Origin: Lama guanicoe | Taxonomy: Eukaryota | Reading direction: 5' to 3' | Assembly: GCA_013239625.1 (NCBI GenBank) | Contig: MU054117.1 | Coordinates: forward strand, 4,801,514 to 4,865,513 | DNA length: 64,000 bases | Shown: piece after piece, positions 1 to 11,646 of the stretch | How the letters are laid out: each line of letters starts with the position of its first letter | Numbering within the stretch: the stretch's first letter is position 1 | Position numbers and translations under genes: made by a program | The notes under the pieces: model-generated | Databases searched by the model: none | The model's input: the letters and a program-made list of their open reading frames with translations, nothing else | What the model was told of the DNA's origin: nothing

Positions 1-38
1 CCTAAGACACAGGCACTGACGTGGCTTCTCCAAGAACA

Positions 39-44
39 TTTATT
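39..44 (-). terminator. Polyadenylation signal (AATAAA) of the CES1-like gene
   Basis: tttatt on + strand about 170 nt beyond the TGA stop at 214-216. Confidence 0.65.
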
Positions 45-213
45 TCCAAAATTGAGGCCACAGATACAGAAACCCCCACTCTTTGACCTCTGCCCACTCC
101 CAGTAATGAGTCCCCAGCCTCCACAATAAGATGCCTCCTTGGCCCGTAAACACTTTCTCTAGAACACGCCTGTCCGGGTTCCCACAGGCCCCCAAGGCCA
201 GCTGCACCTCCGG

Positions 214-1909
214 TCACAGCTCGACGTGTGCTGTCCGGGATGCCTTCCTCGCTGCCTCCTTGGACAGGAGCTCGGTCCAGAAAGCCACTTCCTCGGCTTT
301 CAGCTTCTCGGCTGCCTGGGTGGTGACGCCAATCTGAAGGTAGCCTTCCTTTTGGTCGTACACTGGCCAGTGGGGCAGCCCCTCTCCATTGGGATTCCTG
401 GGAACAGAATCAAAGAGAAATCCTCAGAGCTACTGTGTGGTCCCAACACCCCTCCGAGACTGACAGGAACCCCTGGCTTCACTTCTGCCAGCGTCTCCTA
501 TGCCTCCAGAGACAGGAGGCTGACCGTCTCCTTGGCAGCCTGTCCACTTTGGGGAGCTCTCGGGTCGGACGCCACGGGGCTGGGAGTTTGCCCATCACAC
601 GTTGGAAGCGCCCCCACCCCACAGCCTCGCCCTGCGCCTTCCCAAGCCTGCTCCAGCCTTGCCACCTGCTCACCCGTTCCGAGCAAAGTTGGCCCAGAAT
701 TTCATCACCATCTTGCTGAGATTGGTCTCCTCTTCTGAGGCGCCCCCTGTGGGAGAAGACCAAGCCCTGCTGCTCACAGTGAGTCCATGGGCAGCAAAGG
801 CCCCTGAGAGCTTGTCAGAAGTTCAGAAACGGAGACCCTCCTCCTGACCTACTGAGGCAAGTCTGCATTTTAACAAGATCCTGGTCACTCACGTGCACTT
901 CAAGCGTGACACTTCCTGACCGCGGCCTCGGCAAAGGGCAGCGGTCAGTCTATAAGCTGCTGCCCTTGTCCTTTGTGCCCGGCGCGCCCCTCCCCCCACC
1001 CAGGGTCCCGCTGCCGCAGCCAGGGCTTCTGCCGCAGCCACTCCACCTCCCAGGGTGCTGTCCTTCCGGGCTTCCCTCGTCTCCTTCGCCCGCACACACC
1101 TTCACAGAATCTGGAAAACAACCAAGCTGCAAGGTCCCCAAAGAGTCACCCAGCCAGGAGAAGCCCAGAGGCACTGAGTGCCATGAGCAGCCCTGGGGTG
1201 TGTCCCCACAAGTCGTCTGTAACTGCTGATGGCTAAGGCGCTGAGGACATTGTGAAAAGGGTTTCATTAATTAATAGATTTTTAACACAGTAATAGATGT
1301 ATTGCTATATTAATAAACTAGAATCCTAAATATATTCAAATATTGAAAGTGGTAAGTTTTAGATAGATAGATAGATAGACAGATAGGTGGTGAGATAGAC
1401 AGACAGACACACACTGGCCCTGATTCAAGGTTAACAGCAATTCTGACCTGCCCCTCACTCACAGTCTGCTGTGCTCTGCGAGTAGGGAGAGGGAGAATCC
1501 AGCCCGGGAGCAGGGCCTGCAGGTGGCCCACCACCTGGCTCACTGATGCCCGGGTCTGGATTCTTAGAGCGACCGTCAGTGAGGGCACAGGGATACACAT
1601 CCCCCATCACACACTTTAGGGCAACAGAAATTAGGGAACACTTGTCCTTCAACTCTGCTATGGTGAATTCTGGAAACCAAGACCTGGAGAGAAAGGGGAA
1701 CTTGGCTAAGGCCACTAAGCCAAGACTTCCTCCCCCATATCCTAACTCCAAGTTTCTAGTCACCAAAGGGCCATCACCTTTTAAAAATGGAGCCCCGAAG
1801 ACGGAGAAGATCTCATCCCCGTGGTCTCCTGCCACCGTCGTGGGTCTCATGTCTGACAAGAAGCTTGGGCGATACTGGAACTCATACATGTAGGTGGGGG
1901 CCCCGGAAT
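214..1909 (-). CDS. CES1: CES1-like carboxylesterase, partial: only the last three coding exons (1909-1778, 746-674, 397-214); possibly a gene fragment or pseudogene
   Basis: Spliced translation: [129 protein letters not shown]. It has the catalytic-His motif GDHGDE, the WANFAR motif and a C-terminal HXEL ER-retention signal. All junctions are GT-AG with consistent phases. No upstream exons recognised. Confidence 0.88.
1361..1414. repeat. (GATA)n/(GACA)n compound microsatellite in a CES1-like intron
   Basis: agatagatagatagatagacagatagg...agatagacagacagacacacac. Confidence 0.85.
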
Positions 1910-2204
1910 CTGGAAGACACGGAGTCACACAGTTCATTTCACCAGACGCACACGTGGGTGGTGTCCCGCTGTCCGGGGGGCCGTGAGCAATCAGGAAACT
2001 GGGGACATGCCTGCTCCTGAGGGAACAATCGCAACGCTAAGAGTAGCTGCCCGTCGTGAGCGCCAACCCTGTGCTAGGCCTCGCTGTGCCTGCAGGAAGC
2101 CTGTTAGCAGCAGAACAGAAGGAAACCTTTCAGGAAAATGTTGTGACTTGCTTAAGGGTGCACAGTTAGGGAGCCAGATGGGGTTTGAGCCAGGCAATTC
2201 AGGA

Positions 2205-2243
2205 ACGAATGAGTGAGTGAAGAGTGAATGAATGAATGAATGC
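2205..2243. repeat. (GAAT/GAGT)n simple repeat
   Basis: aacgaatgagtgagtgaagagtgaatgaatgaatgaatg. Confidence 0.7.
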
Positions 2244-3539
2244 TGAAACCTTGGCTGGATCCATTAAAATAACCATCACTCTCGGGGCACTCGGTCAGTT
2301 TGCAGGAGCCCCTTCGAACGCATTCACACGGGGACCCTCCGTGCATACACCTTCCACTACCATCTTTCGTTGATAACAGGCTAGTTTTCATTCCTTTGGA
2401 GAATACCTGTGGAGCGACAGGTGTCATCTATTCTGCCCATTTTTGAGCGTTTCCAGTGTTTTCCACACCTATCCCGAGGAGAGTGAGGCAAATCCAAGTT
2501 GCTGGTCTGAAAGTGCGGATATCTGAATACAAACCTACGCAGAAAGGGGACAATCTGCCTCTTGTGCCTCAGGAAACCGAAATTCAGCATTTCCTTTTCC
2601 TCTGTCACCTCACATGTTTTGCTTCCTGCTCGGCCAGCGGAGTGTGCAGGTCCTGGTACTGCCCCCACGCTCACCCCCCGTCTCCAGGTCCCCAGAAGAT
2701 GTCAGTTTTCCTGCTGATGCTTCAGCAGACTCGCCCATCCCCGCTCCTTCCAGGCCAATCCGTGGGCCACCGGTCTGGGGGGCGCTGCACAGGGATCACA
2801 CGCCCCCAGCAGAGTGACGCTGACCGGGGAGGGTCGGCCCCAAGTCAGCCTGTTGGGGAAATGTTACAGCTTGTCCCCCACTGGGGACAGTAGCAACGTT
2901 GTAAACTGCAGGGAAAAAGGAGTATGAACAAAGAAGATGATGTATAGCCCCACCACTCAGAGAAACCTCTGGGAATATTTCAGCACACAGCCTTTTTGTG
3001 TATACACAATTATGACGATTTTGTGTCTGTTATATTGTATGACTATCATCATTTCTTCGTGTCATTAAATACTCGCTCACAAGGCTGTTTAACACCCTCT
3101 GCCATTGTGACAGGAGGATGCAGACTGATGTATTCAGTTGCTTCCCTCACCCCCCAACATTGCGCCCTTGGTTTAGGAAGAGGTGTTTTTGGGGGAAGCG
3201 CCCCTTCTGTGGTCCCATAATCCACTGATTAACAGCGGCTTCAAGCTCAAGCAGAAGTTGTTGGAGGACAGGGTTTAATCTTTCCCCTGCTACGCGGAAG
3301 TGTCAGAAAGGACACAGAACCCAGCTGCACAGGAGAAACCTTTTGTGAATGAGGGAACTTATTTTTGGCAGCTTGTTGCCCAAAACCTACTCTTCTTCTT
3401 TCCTTTTTTTTTTTTTCAACCTCTGAGATTTATAACATTCCTACAACCACCACATAAGTCTTCAGAAGAAAGTAGGGCACAGATTTGAGGAATAAGATTT
3501 AGGAACAAGAGAAGCAGAGGGAAGGAGAGAGCTAGCAAT

Positions 3540-4190
3540 CAAAAATATGCAAATTAAAACAGTGTGATGTTACTTTTTTGGTAAGGAGGGGCTTATGAAA
3601 TTGGCAGCATTCCCTTTATTTTTCAGCCTGAAATTCGCAAATGAAAAAATTAAGAAATCCATACCCTCATGTACTGGAGAGCAATTTCACAACATGTATC
3701 AAGAATTTTAAAATATTCCTACACCCAGTCCAGCAATTTCACGCCTACTAAGGATTCCTAAGAAATGTATTAGAGATGCGGCTAAAGTTATACACACAGA
3801 AGGCCGAGCATCATGCTCTTGTGGCATCAAAGTGTGAGAAGCCAGGACAGGAATCCTAAAGGAAATCGTACTGCACAATTCCCTGAAATAATGGACTTTT
3901 ATGAAATTTTATCGACACTGAGGAAGTCTACAATATAGGGTTCTGTCAACAAAAACATAATCTAAAATTAATATTTCAATTGTATGTAATGCATAGAAAG
4001 ATCATTAGGAAAAAAAGTGTCAAAAATTTAGAGCAGATACTTCTAGACAGACGAATTACGAGCAGTACCTAGTTTCTTCTTTATGCATTTCCATATTTTC
4101 AAAAAGCCCTACAACTGTAAAATGGTAATTTTATATTCAGAAAATTTTTATAAAAAGGTAACACAAGTAGACAAAAATATAAAAAGGAAA
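3540..4190 (+). mobile_element. Old LINE-1 (L1M-type) 3' fragment
   Basis: AT-rich block with L1-like stretches atgcaaattaaaac, tggagagcaattt and ccagcaatttcac; boundaries approximate. Confidence 0.55.
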
Positions 4191-5089
4191 GAACGACACT
4201 GATAAAATCTGGGAAGTCCATGAGAAAAAGACCCTGAACTCAAAGCTATGAGACGTCAGATCAAACACAAGTCCAGGATGGCTGGGTCAGCAGACAACGA
4301 AGAAGAGGAAATCACAGGTCAGATGTGTATCGAGAGCCAAGACCAAGTTTATGAAAGAATAGATTGGACTCTGGGCAGCCCCTGGGTGAAGAGTTCTCTC
4401 GGGACCCCAGGGAGAAGGAAGTGGTCACCAGAACCTGTATTTTGGGGACATGGCAGGTCAGCTGTTGCTGCTTTTGATTATGCATATGAAGTCCCAAATC
4501 CTACACATTCCAGCGCAGTTGGAGAGAGTGGTCTGGACCAGAGAAGCATTTCCTGCCTCGCAGACTAGGGAAGGAGGGCTTCTAGAAAAGCAGGATCCTG
4601 TGATGGCCAAAGGGACGCCTCCTCCCCAGGTGAGCTCCTCCATCCCTGACCTCACAGCCCGCACTCAGCCCTGGGTGACGCCGGGGGGCCCTGTGACAGA
4701 GCCAGCACACATCAGGTGGGAGGAGGCGGCTGCAGGCATCAACCTTCTCCAGACCGCCTGCCCTCACTCTTCCAAAGCTCACTCCTTCCTATTCTTGGCT
4801 TCACTCTACCCCCAGCTGCACTGGTTAACAAAGTAGTTTGCAACTAGCTCTGACCTTGGATACCTTCCAAGACACAGCTTCCAAGACGTGCCCTGGGGCG
4901 CCACAGATCACGTGATCACGTAGTTCAGGTGAGGAGCCCTGTGGCAGGCGCTGACGGTGCACCGCAGCGCCCCTGTTTCTGGACGTGCCAGCCTGATTTC
5001 CCCTCCAGCACCTGTCGCTCTTTGCCTCAGGTCTTTGGCTGCCAGAAACCACTCTGCCCATGTGTGCAGCAGGTCAAAGCTCCGGGGAA

Positions 5090-5390
5090 TTTACAACCCC
5101 TCAGGAACAGGCTTCAGCCAATAATTTGTCAAAGGCGGAGGTAAAATACCCCAGCTCTCCTGCCGCTCAATTCAGGTGAACCATGAGACGTGTCCTCTGC
5201 TGGATTCCCAGAGCTCCCAGCTCCAGGTGTCCACCCTGGATCCCTGCTTCACAGTGCAGCACGGATCGGCTGCCTTCATCTTCCCGTGCCTCTTCTCCAC
5301 TTTAACTGCTATTTTCTGGGATCACCTCCCAGGTAAACGACTTGCATTCCGATTATTTTCTCAGAGTCTACTTCTGGTAGAAACCAACAT
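5090..5390 (+). mobile_element. ERVL LTR16-like solo LTR remnant (3' part; may extend left to ~4.7 kb)
   Basis: ctgggatcacctcccaggtaaacgacttgcattcc...tctcagagtctacttctgg...aaacc resembles the 3' end of LTR16-class LTRs. Confidence 0.55.
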
Positions 5391-5570
5391 AGGGCAGTGC
5401 CCCACCCCACCCCAGGGATGGACCTCTGAGGACTGAGCCTTGGACTTTCCACATGTCTCTCTATGCTGCGGGTGAGGACAGGACAGGACAGCTTGTGAGG
5501 CGGGAGGGGTCGGTTTCCCTATCACATGCAGCCGGTGCCATCCCCCGCTGCTCCCCCCTCTGGCCACCGA

Positions 5571-5792
5571 AGGCCTTGCCAGCCCATAATACTCTTGCCT
5601 CTGGTCGCAGGAGGCCTCCAGCCCATAATATTCCCTTCCACCACCACCCCCCCTTCCCGCCCCGCACCCCTTCCTCCCGCCTCCAGTTGGAGCCGGGCCT
5701 CACCAGCCCATAATATTCCCCAGTCTCCTAAGGCTGTTCCAGCCCATAATACTCTCCCTGTCTCCTAAGGCCTCTCCATCCCATAATACTGC
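5571..5792. repeat. Five-copy dispersed motif array, consensus (A/G)GGCY-N1-3-CCAGCCCATAATAYT
   Basis: Core CCCATAATA at 5583, 5622, 5707, 5743 and 5780. Confidence 0.85.
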
Positions 5793-6389
5793 CAGACGCC
5801 TGACCTGTGGGCCAAACCCCAGCCCGTTCCACACATCGAGGCTGTGTCAGCGCTGCCGGTCTCGCTCCCTGTCCCTCCCTCCTCCCTCTTCGGCGCTCTC
5901 CCTCCCAGGCTGTGTCCCGCCCTCCTGCCCTGGGCCCCTCTCCCGGCCCCACCCTGTGCCTGCCTGGGCCCTCATTTCCCCTCCAGCCTCCTCTCTTGCC
6001 CTTTCTCCCGTGCTTGGTTCTTCATCCCATGCCCCTTCTCCTCTCCCCTTCAGACACTTTCCCACCCACTCCTCTGTCTGTGGGGTGGGCAGCGGTGCCG
6101 ATGGGGAGAGAGTGTCCCCAGAGGGCGACAGGCCAGTCACTGCCCCTGAAAACTGTCTCCTTGACACCATGGAAGCTGGCCCAGCCTGCCTTGCTCACCC
6201 ATCCCTGGCCCTGGTTCTGACTGCTGGCCGAGCTCTGCCTGGGTGAGGATTCACCTGGAGCCCTTGCTGTCTCAGAACAGTCCCCTTGGGCATCACAGAC
6301 TTTCCCAAAGGCACCTCATCCCCACACCCTGGTGGAAAGAGAGCTCCCCCTTATGGGCTGCCTCTCAGGTGCCTTTCAAAGGTGACTTC

Positions 6390-6535
6390 ATTGACCCTCA
6401 CTACAACCTAGTAAGTAGGTATCATGATCCCCATTTCGCAGAGAAGAAAATAGAGGCTCAGAGAGGTTAAATAGCTTCTAAGGTCACATTGCCAAGAAGC
6501 GAGAGCTGAAATTAGTACCCAGGTTTCTTTGGTTG
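6390..6535 (-). mobile_element. MIR SINE
   Basis: ccccatttcgcagagaagaaaatagaggctcagagaggttaaatagctt...aaggtcaca is the reverse complement of the MIR core. Confidence 0.7.
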
Positions 6536-8209
6536 CAAAGTTCTGAGAGCCTTTGGGATTCCCCAAGCTCCTAGGAGAAACTTCACTTTTCAGTATTTTC
6601 AGTGCTGCCCAGGAAAGGATAAAGCCTCCCTTGTTCCTAGGATTTCCTGAAAGAATAGAAAAGGGGGGCTCCGTGTGAGATTAACCTCCCCCTCCCCATT
6701 TCTTCCTGGGGACCCCAGATGGCAACCCCGCAGGGATTTCCCTCAGGATGGCCCCGGGCTAAGCACCTCTGCCACCTCGGTACCCCTCACCTCTGGTACA
6801 CCCTGGTTCTCCTCAGTTTGTTTTATCTTATGGCCAGGGATTGTCACTCTTCCCCCAACTACTCTCACCACGGGGCGGGACCATCCTACAGAGGAGGCGG
6901 ACTTTGAGGAGAACCGAGGGAGGTGTCCTCTTTGGTTTAGCTGGTGGACAATCAAGAGTGCTGTCTTGGAGATATTGGGTACATCCCAGGTCGGGGAGGG
7001 GAGTCATGGCTGACTGACTGCACTGCATGAAGGCTGAGCCATCCTGCCTTGGGTGCCACCCACGAGCCACTCCCTTCTGAGCCCTCGATGGGATGTGTTT
7101 TAGGGCCCAACACCATTGGAACACAGTGAGCCCAGTTCTCGGCGCTCACACAGCAGCACTGGGTCCTCCACAGAGGCTGAAGCAGGTGGATAGGGCAGGT
7201 GTCCTGTAGGGTGAGTGGGTTAGGAGCACCAAGGAAAAACTGCCAAGGTGGGGCCAAGATGACACAGCAGACCTGGGATGAGAGAGGCAGTTGAGGTGGG
7301 GTGGCCTACATGAGGAGGGAAGGAGGAGAAAGGAAGGCAGGGAGGCTGAGAAGGTGGGCAGTAGAGGAAGAGGAGACGTACTGCACAGAGAAGGAGTTTG
7401 GGAGCCAAACAGATACTGTACTACTTCCTGGCTGTGTGGCCTTAAGACCTCAGCTTCTCCAGGATGTTTCACCTGTAAAATGGGGAGAATCATCATCCCT
7501 GACTCAGAAGGATATGCATTTTAAGCACCAAATTGAGGTCTTGGCATAGAAAGTGTTTTACAACTTAATGCCCTTCTCCCTCTAAGATTTTCTCATTTTT
7601 CTCCTTTGGATTTTCCTAAACCTTAAAAGACGTAACTCCAGGACCTGGGCTGAGGGCTCTCGATTTCCCACATCTTGCTTCTGTCACACTGGCTGCCCAT
7701 TAGTTGGGGGTTCCTGTGGAAGTGGCAGTGGCCACAGGCTTTCTTAAACCTCCAATGGTGTCGCATTCTGTTTATTTCTCCTCTGCCTGCAACGTCTACT
7801 TAATCCATGCTTGCCTCTTTAAGCTCTTGATGGAAACCCTTTGGATATACTGAATGTCGGGGAGCAGGGCACCAGAGCTTGAAGAGTGGAGATTCCACAC
7901 TGGAGAAAACTCATTTCCATCTGCCTCCACTGGCCGTGGGCACGCTTCTCCTGGACTAACCTAACAGCTCTCTGAGCAGTCTTTCTTTCCCCTTAGACTC
8001 CCCCACACCATTTCCCTACAGTGTATCCAACACAGTGTGTCAGGGTGGGCAAAACCTCACTCCAGAACCTCCAGGGACTTCCCATTGCCCACTAAATTAA
8101 CTGCCAGCCCCTTATCCTGCATTCTCACATCTTCCGTCTTGAATGATAATTATTATTGACTTGTTCTGTGGTCCCCACAAGATAGTAAACTACTTCACAG
8201 CAAGATTCA

Positions 8210-8420
8210 ACCATTCGTCACTCCACAAACATTTATTAAGTACTTCTTTTATGCCGGGTGCTGTTCTAGATGCTGGGGATACATCAGAGAAGCAACTAAA
8301 CAAAAATCCCTGCCCTCAGGGAGCTTACATTCTACCTGAGGGTGGGGGGACACAGACAATAAACCACAAAATTTGTAATAAATAAATAGTAAATTGTATA
8401 GTATGTTAGAAGATACTTGC
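8210..8420 (+). mobile_element. LINE-2 fragment
   Basis: cattcgtcactccacaaacatttattaagtac...gccgggtgctgttctagatgctggggatac...ccctgccctcaggggagcttacattcta; strand assignment tentative. Confidence 0.6.
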
Positions 8421-8847
8421 TATGTGACTTTTAACTACTTTGGGATTTATTCACATATCTGCACATAAAAATACTTAAGTAGTTTTTTAAAATTGTGTTC
8501 TGTCTTGTTCAGATAGGGCAAAGTGCTGAGACTTTGGACTATGATGACTTTTGGCGTTCCCAGGGCTGGAAGGGCGTAGGTCCTGAACCCTAAGGATGGA
8601 GGAAGATGGAGCAGGTGCTAACCACCAGGCCTCTTCTAGATCAGCAGGAGGCGAGGACTCTAACCTCCGGCCAGATGGAGGAGGGCCCGACTTCACTGCC
8701 ATCACTGAGGAATCTGGGTCAGTTCTCTGGTTTGGCCACCAGGGGTCATTTTCCCCCTGTAAATCACCATCTGGAGCGATCACATCAAGACACACAAAAG
8801 GCTTAGTCCCAACTAAAACAGAGACACACCCGGGAACACTTTGACAC

Positions 8848-8880
8848 TGTCTCTTTCTCTCTCTCTCTCTCTCTCTCGCT

Positions 8881-8919
<39 letters not shown>
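8848..8919. repeat. (CT)n(CA)n compound microsatellite
   Basis: ctctctct run followed by a long cacacaca run. Confidence 0.95.
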
Positions 8920-8924
<5 letters not shown>

Positions 8925-9509
8925 CATATAGCACTGAGAGGCATAAGGACAGAAAAGCATGCAGAACACATGCATAGCACCAACTCCCTCACTGACGTCA
9001 GGGTCTCAAGATGTCATAGAGCCAGTCCTGCCATCCCTCTCAGCCCCGACTCTGCTAAAGAGGGAAGGAAACAGTAGGTGGCCCATAGACCAGACTTCCA
9101 GTTCCCTGACCTCCAGCTTGCCACAAGCAGCCAGCCAATTCCTATCCTCCCATCCGTCACGCTGTTACGTCTGGTCCTGGTAAACTCTTGCCTGGCTGTG
9201 GCACAGTTCCCTTTTCCCTGCCCAGAGAAGCCCCCCACCTCCTCCTGAGTGTTTGTGTTACTAGTTCCACTCCCATCTCCGGCTGCCGTTCCAGGAAGTC
9301 AAGGTGTAATGTTCCATTGGGTGTGCAGCTCCTACCCACTCCCCGCTGCCCCCCCCTCAGAAAACCCCAAGCCTTAAGGACTACAATTAGCAGTTGATCT
9401 GTGGATCCCTCTCCCGGCAGCAGTTAAAAGCAATGTGTATAATGCCCTCGGAAGGAGTTACACACTCACTGCTCTAATACTACAGTACAGGTATGGCTTT
9501 CCCACTGTG

Positions 9510-9812
9510 ACGGGGGATGGACTCTTTGAGGAAGTCCACGAGGTCAAAGTTGTTTTCATAATATTACTAAGATGTCATTTGTCCTCTTCTCTCATTCTCT
9601 CACTAGTAGACAGTGGAGTTTGCCAGATGACACAGCTTCTCTCACAGCTAGGGGGATGCGTGATTATGTATTTCTGTTTTAAAAATGTATTCTTTTTGAT
9701 TTATAACATGGTTAAGTGTCAAAAGAACAAAGAACAAGCAAAAGCTCTTTGGAATTCTCCATTTTAAAGAGTGTAAAAGCATCTGAGACCAAAACGTTTG
9801 AGAACCGCTACT
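9510..9812 (+). mobile_element. hAT-Charlie-type non-autonomous DNA transposon remnant
   Basis: gtccacgaggtcaaagttgttttcataatattactaagatg...aaaacgtttgagaaccgct; resembles the element at 39342-39807. Confidence 0.6.
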
Positions 9813-10524
9813 CTATTACAGAGAATGTTCCACTTATTCTAGATGAAGCAGCAGAGACATACACACACAGAATTTAGGATCTAGAATGGAGGTGATCTTG
9901 AAAGGGGGGTGAGGTGGAAGAAGGGAAGACCTAGAAAGGGGAACAGGGACCAGAATCTTGGAGGAAAAACCCCTCTAACTTACAGTTTTGCCCTGCCCTC
10001 AACAACCCATGTTGGGTGTCAGGTCTAAATGTTGAAAGTCACTAAACAAGAAGGAAATCATTTCAGCGGGCATCCAATACACTTTCGTATTATGCCTCAG
10101 TGCTGGGCAGGGGGAGCCCGGGTGGACAATAGAGTGGGTGGCGCCCATGGCCCTAAGACCGCTGCGGTCCGTCTAAATGCACCACACCTGTCTTCTGCTC
10201 CATCTACCAGCCATCGCTGTGTTCATGCCCCGCCAAGGGCACTGCATCCAGTCTCCCCCCTCTGCACTGGCAGGCTCATAGCAGCACTTCCTAAGGACTG
10301 GGGAAGGAGTCCTTCCGTGCTCACCTTCACCCCCGATTCAAAGACACTTCCAGCAGCGTTCTTCCTTCCCTGTGTCCCTGGTTCCCACACTTTGCTCTCT
10401 CCTGCATTTGTGAGCTGGAGATGCCGCCCAGAAGTCCAAGTGCCCAACCCACCGCCCTGCACGTCTGCGAGTGAGAGGGGCGCGGGAGTGGAGTGGGATG
10501 GCCGCGCTTTGGCACGACGTGCGT

Positions 10525-11646
10525 TCAGAGGGACGAATCCTCGGGGTCCTGGCACTGGAGGAAGGACGACTTGGGGTTGGAGGGCCCGAGCAGCCCCTGG
10601 CTGGCGGCGGCAGTTGTGGTAGCGTGCGAGGTCTCAGTGGACGGTTCGGCGAGCGCTCCCCGAGCCCCGTTGGCGGCCAAGGTCCTGTCCCGGAGCGGAG
10701 TGCTGAGGCCGCGCAGGGTGTTGCGGAAACCCTCGGCGCTGAAGTAGTACACCAGCGGATCGAGCACGCAGTTGGCGCCGGCCAGCAGCACCAGCACCAT
10801 GAGCACCCGGCGCACCCGGCTGCGGGCCTCTGGGCTGGCCAGCACCACGTGGCCGCGCAGCAGCCCGTAGACGGCCAGCGTGGCGTTGTAGGGCACGAAG
10901 CACAGCAGGAAGATGACCAGGTTGGCCAGCAGGAGGCGCACCGTCTTCCGCCGCCGCCGGCTCTGCGTGGCGTCGGGCCGCGCCAGCGTCCAGAAGACGC
11001 GGCCCGACGAGTAGACGACGGCCGCCAGGGGCAGCAGGAAGCCCAGCGCCTCGGCCAGCAGCACGAGCGGCAGCAGCTTGCCCTTCCACAGCTCGTCGCT
11101 GAAGCTCTCGAAGCACAGGCGCACAGAATGGTCGTCGCGGGTGCAGGACGAGGGCCGGTGCACGAGGACGGTGGGCACGGCGAACACCAGGATGAGCGCC
11201 CAGACCCCCAGGCAGAGCAGCCGCGCCACGCGGGGTCGCCGCAGGTGGCGCAGCCGCAGTGGGTGCACGATGGCGGCGTAGCGGTCCACGTTGATGAGGG
11301 TCAGGAAGATGCAGCTGCCGTACATGTTCATCTGGAAGACGGCCCCCGCTAACTGGCACAGGAGTTCTGAGAAGGGCCAGTAGTGCCGCGCGTAGTACGA
11401 GAGGCGCAAGGGCAGCGAGAGGGTGAAGAGCAGGTCACTGGCCGCCAGGTTGCACATGTACACGCTCACCACCGAGTGCACGCGCAGCGCGCGCAAGAAG
11501 ACCCAGAGGGCCAGCGCGTTGAGGGGGAGCCCTGCGGCCAGCACCACGCTGTAGACCACCAAGTGCAGGTGGTGGATGGGCTGGTGGTCCGGGCACTTGT
11601 TAACAGAGTCATTGATAGAAGTGTTGGCCGAGGAGTTGGCCAGCAT
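10525..11646 (-). CDS. LPAR5: Lysophosphatidic acid receptor 5 (GPR92), 373 aa, single coding exon
   Basis: 7TM class A GPCR with MLANSS start, [15 protein letters not shown] and DPLVYYF motifs. Exon acceptor AG at 11870-11869. Syntenic with ACRBP. Confidence 0.97.
   Translation of the reverse strand: MLANSSANTSINDSVNKCPDHQPIHHLHLVVYSVVLAAGLPLNALALWVFLRALRVHSVVSVYMCNLAASDLLFTLSLPLRLSYYARHYWPFSELLCQLAGAVFQMNMYGSCIFLTLINVDRYAAIVHPLRLRHLRRPRVARLLCLGVWALILVFAVPTVLVHRPSSCTRDDHSVRLCFESFSDELWKGKLLPLVLLAEALGFLLPLAAVVYSSGRVFWTLARPDATQSRRRRKTVRLLLANLVIFLLCFVPYNATLAVYGLLRGHVVLASPEARSRVRRVLMVLVLLAGANCVLDPLVYYFSAEGFRNTLRGLSTPLRDRTLAANGARGALAEPSTETSHATTTAAASQGLLGPSNPKSSFLQCQDPEDSSL

Noticed and set aside
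738..755. CTCF-like motif CCCACAGGGGGCGC; similar ones near 29476, 44935 and 55730
   Set aside because: Each has mismatches to the core and one is explained by a splice acceptor plus codons; cannot be supported without scoring or ChIP data.
4248..4568. 106-aa plus-strand ORF with GESGLDQRS, faintly like a CES segment
   Set aside because: Wrong strand, no extended similarity, no matching splice sites.
5571..5792. CRISPR-like look of the repeat/spacer array
   Set aside because: Mammalian DNA, degenerate repeats, irregular short spacers, no cas genes.
6785..6950. Donor CCAGAG|GTGAGG as the possible missing upstream CES exon
   Set aside because: Upstream sequence does not translate to the expected CES peptide.
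10471..11352. 293-aa plus-strand ORF and the 241-aa alternative-frame ORF over LPAR5
   Set aside because: Shadow ORFs expected from a GC3-rich coding exon; no recognisable domain.
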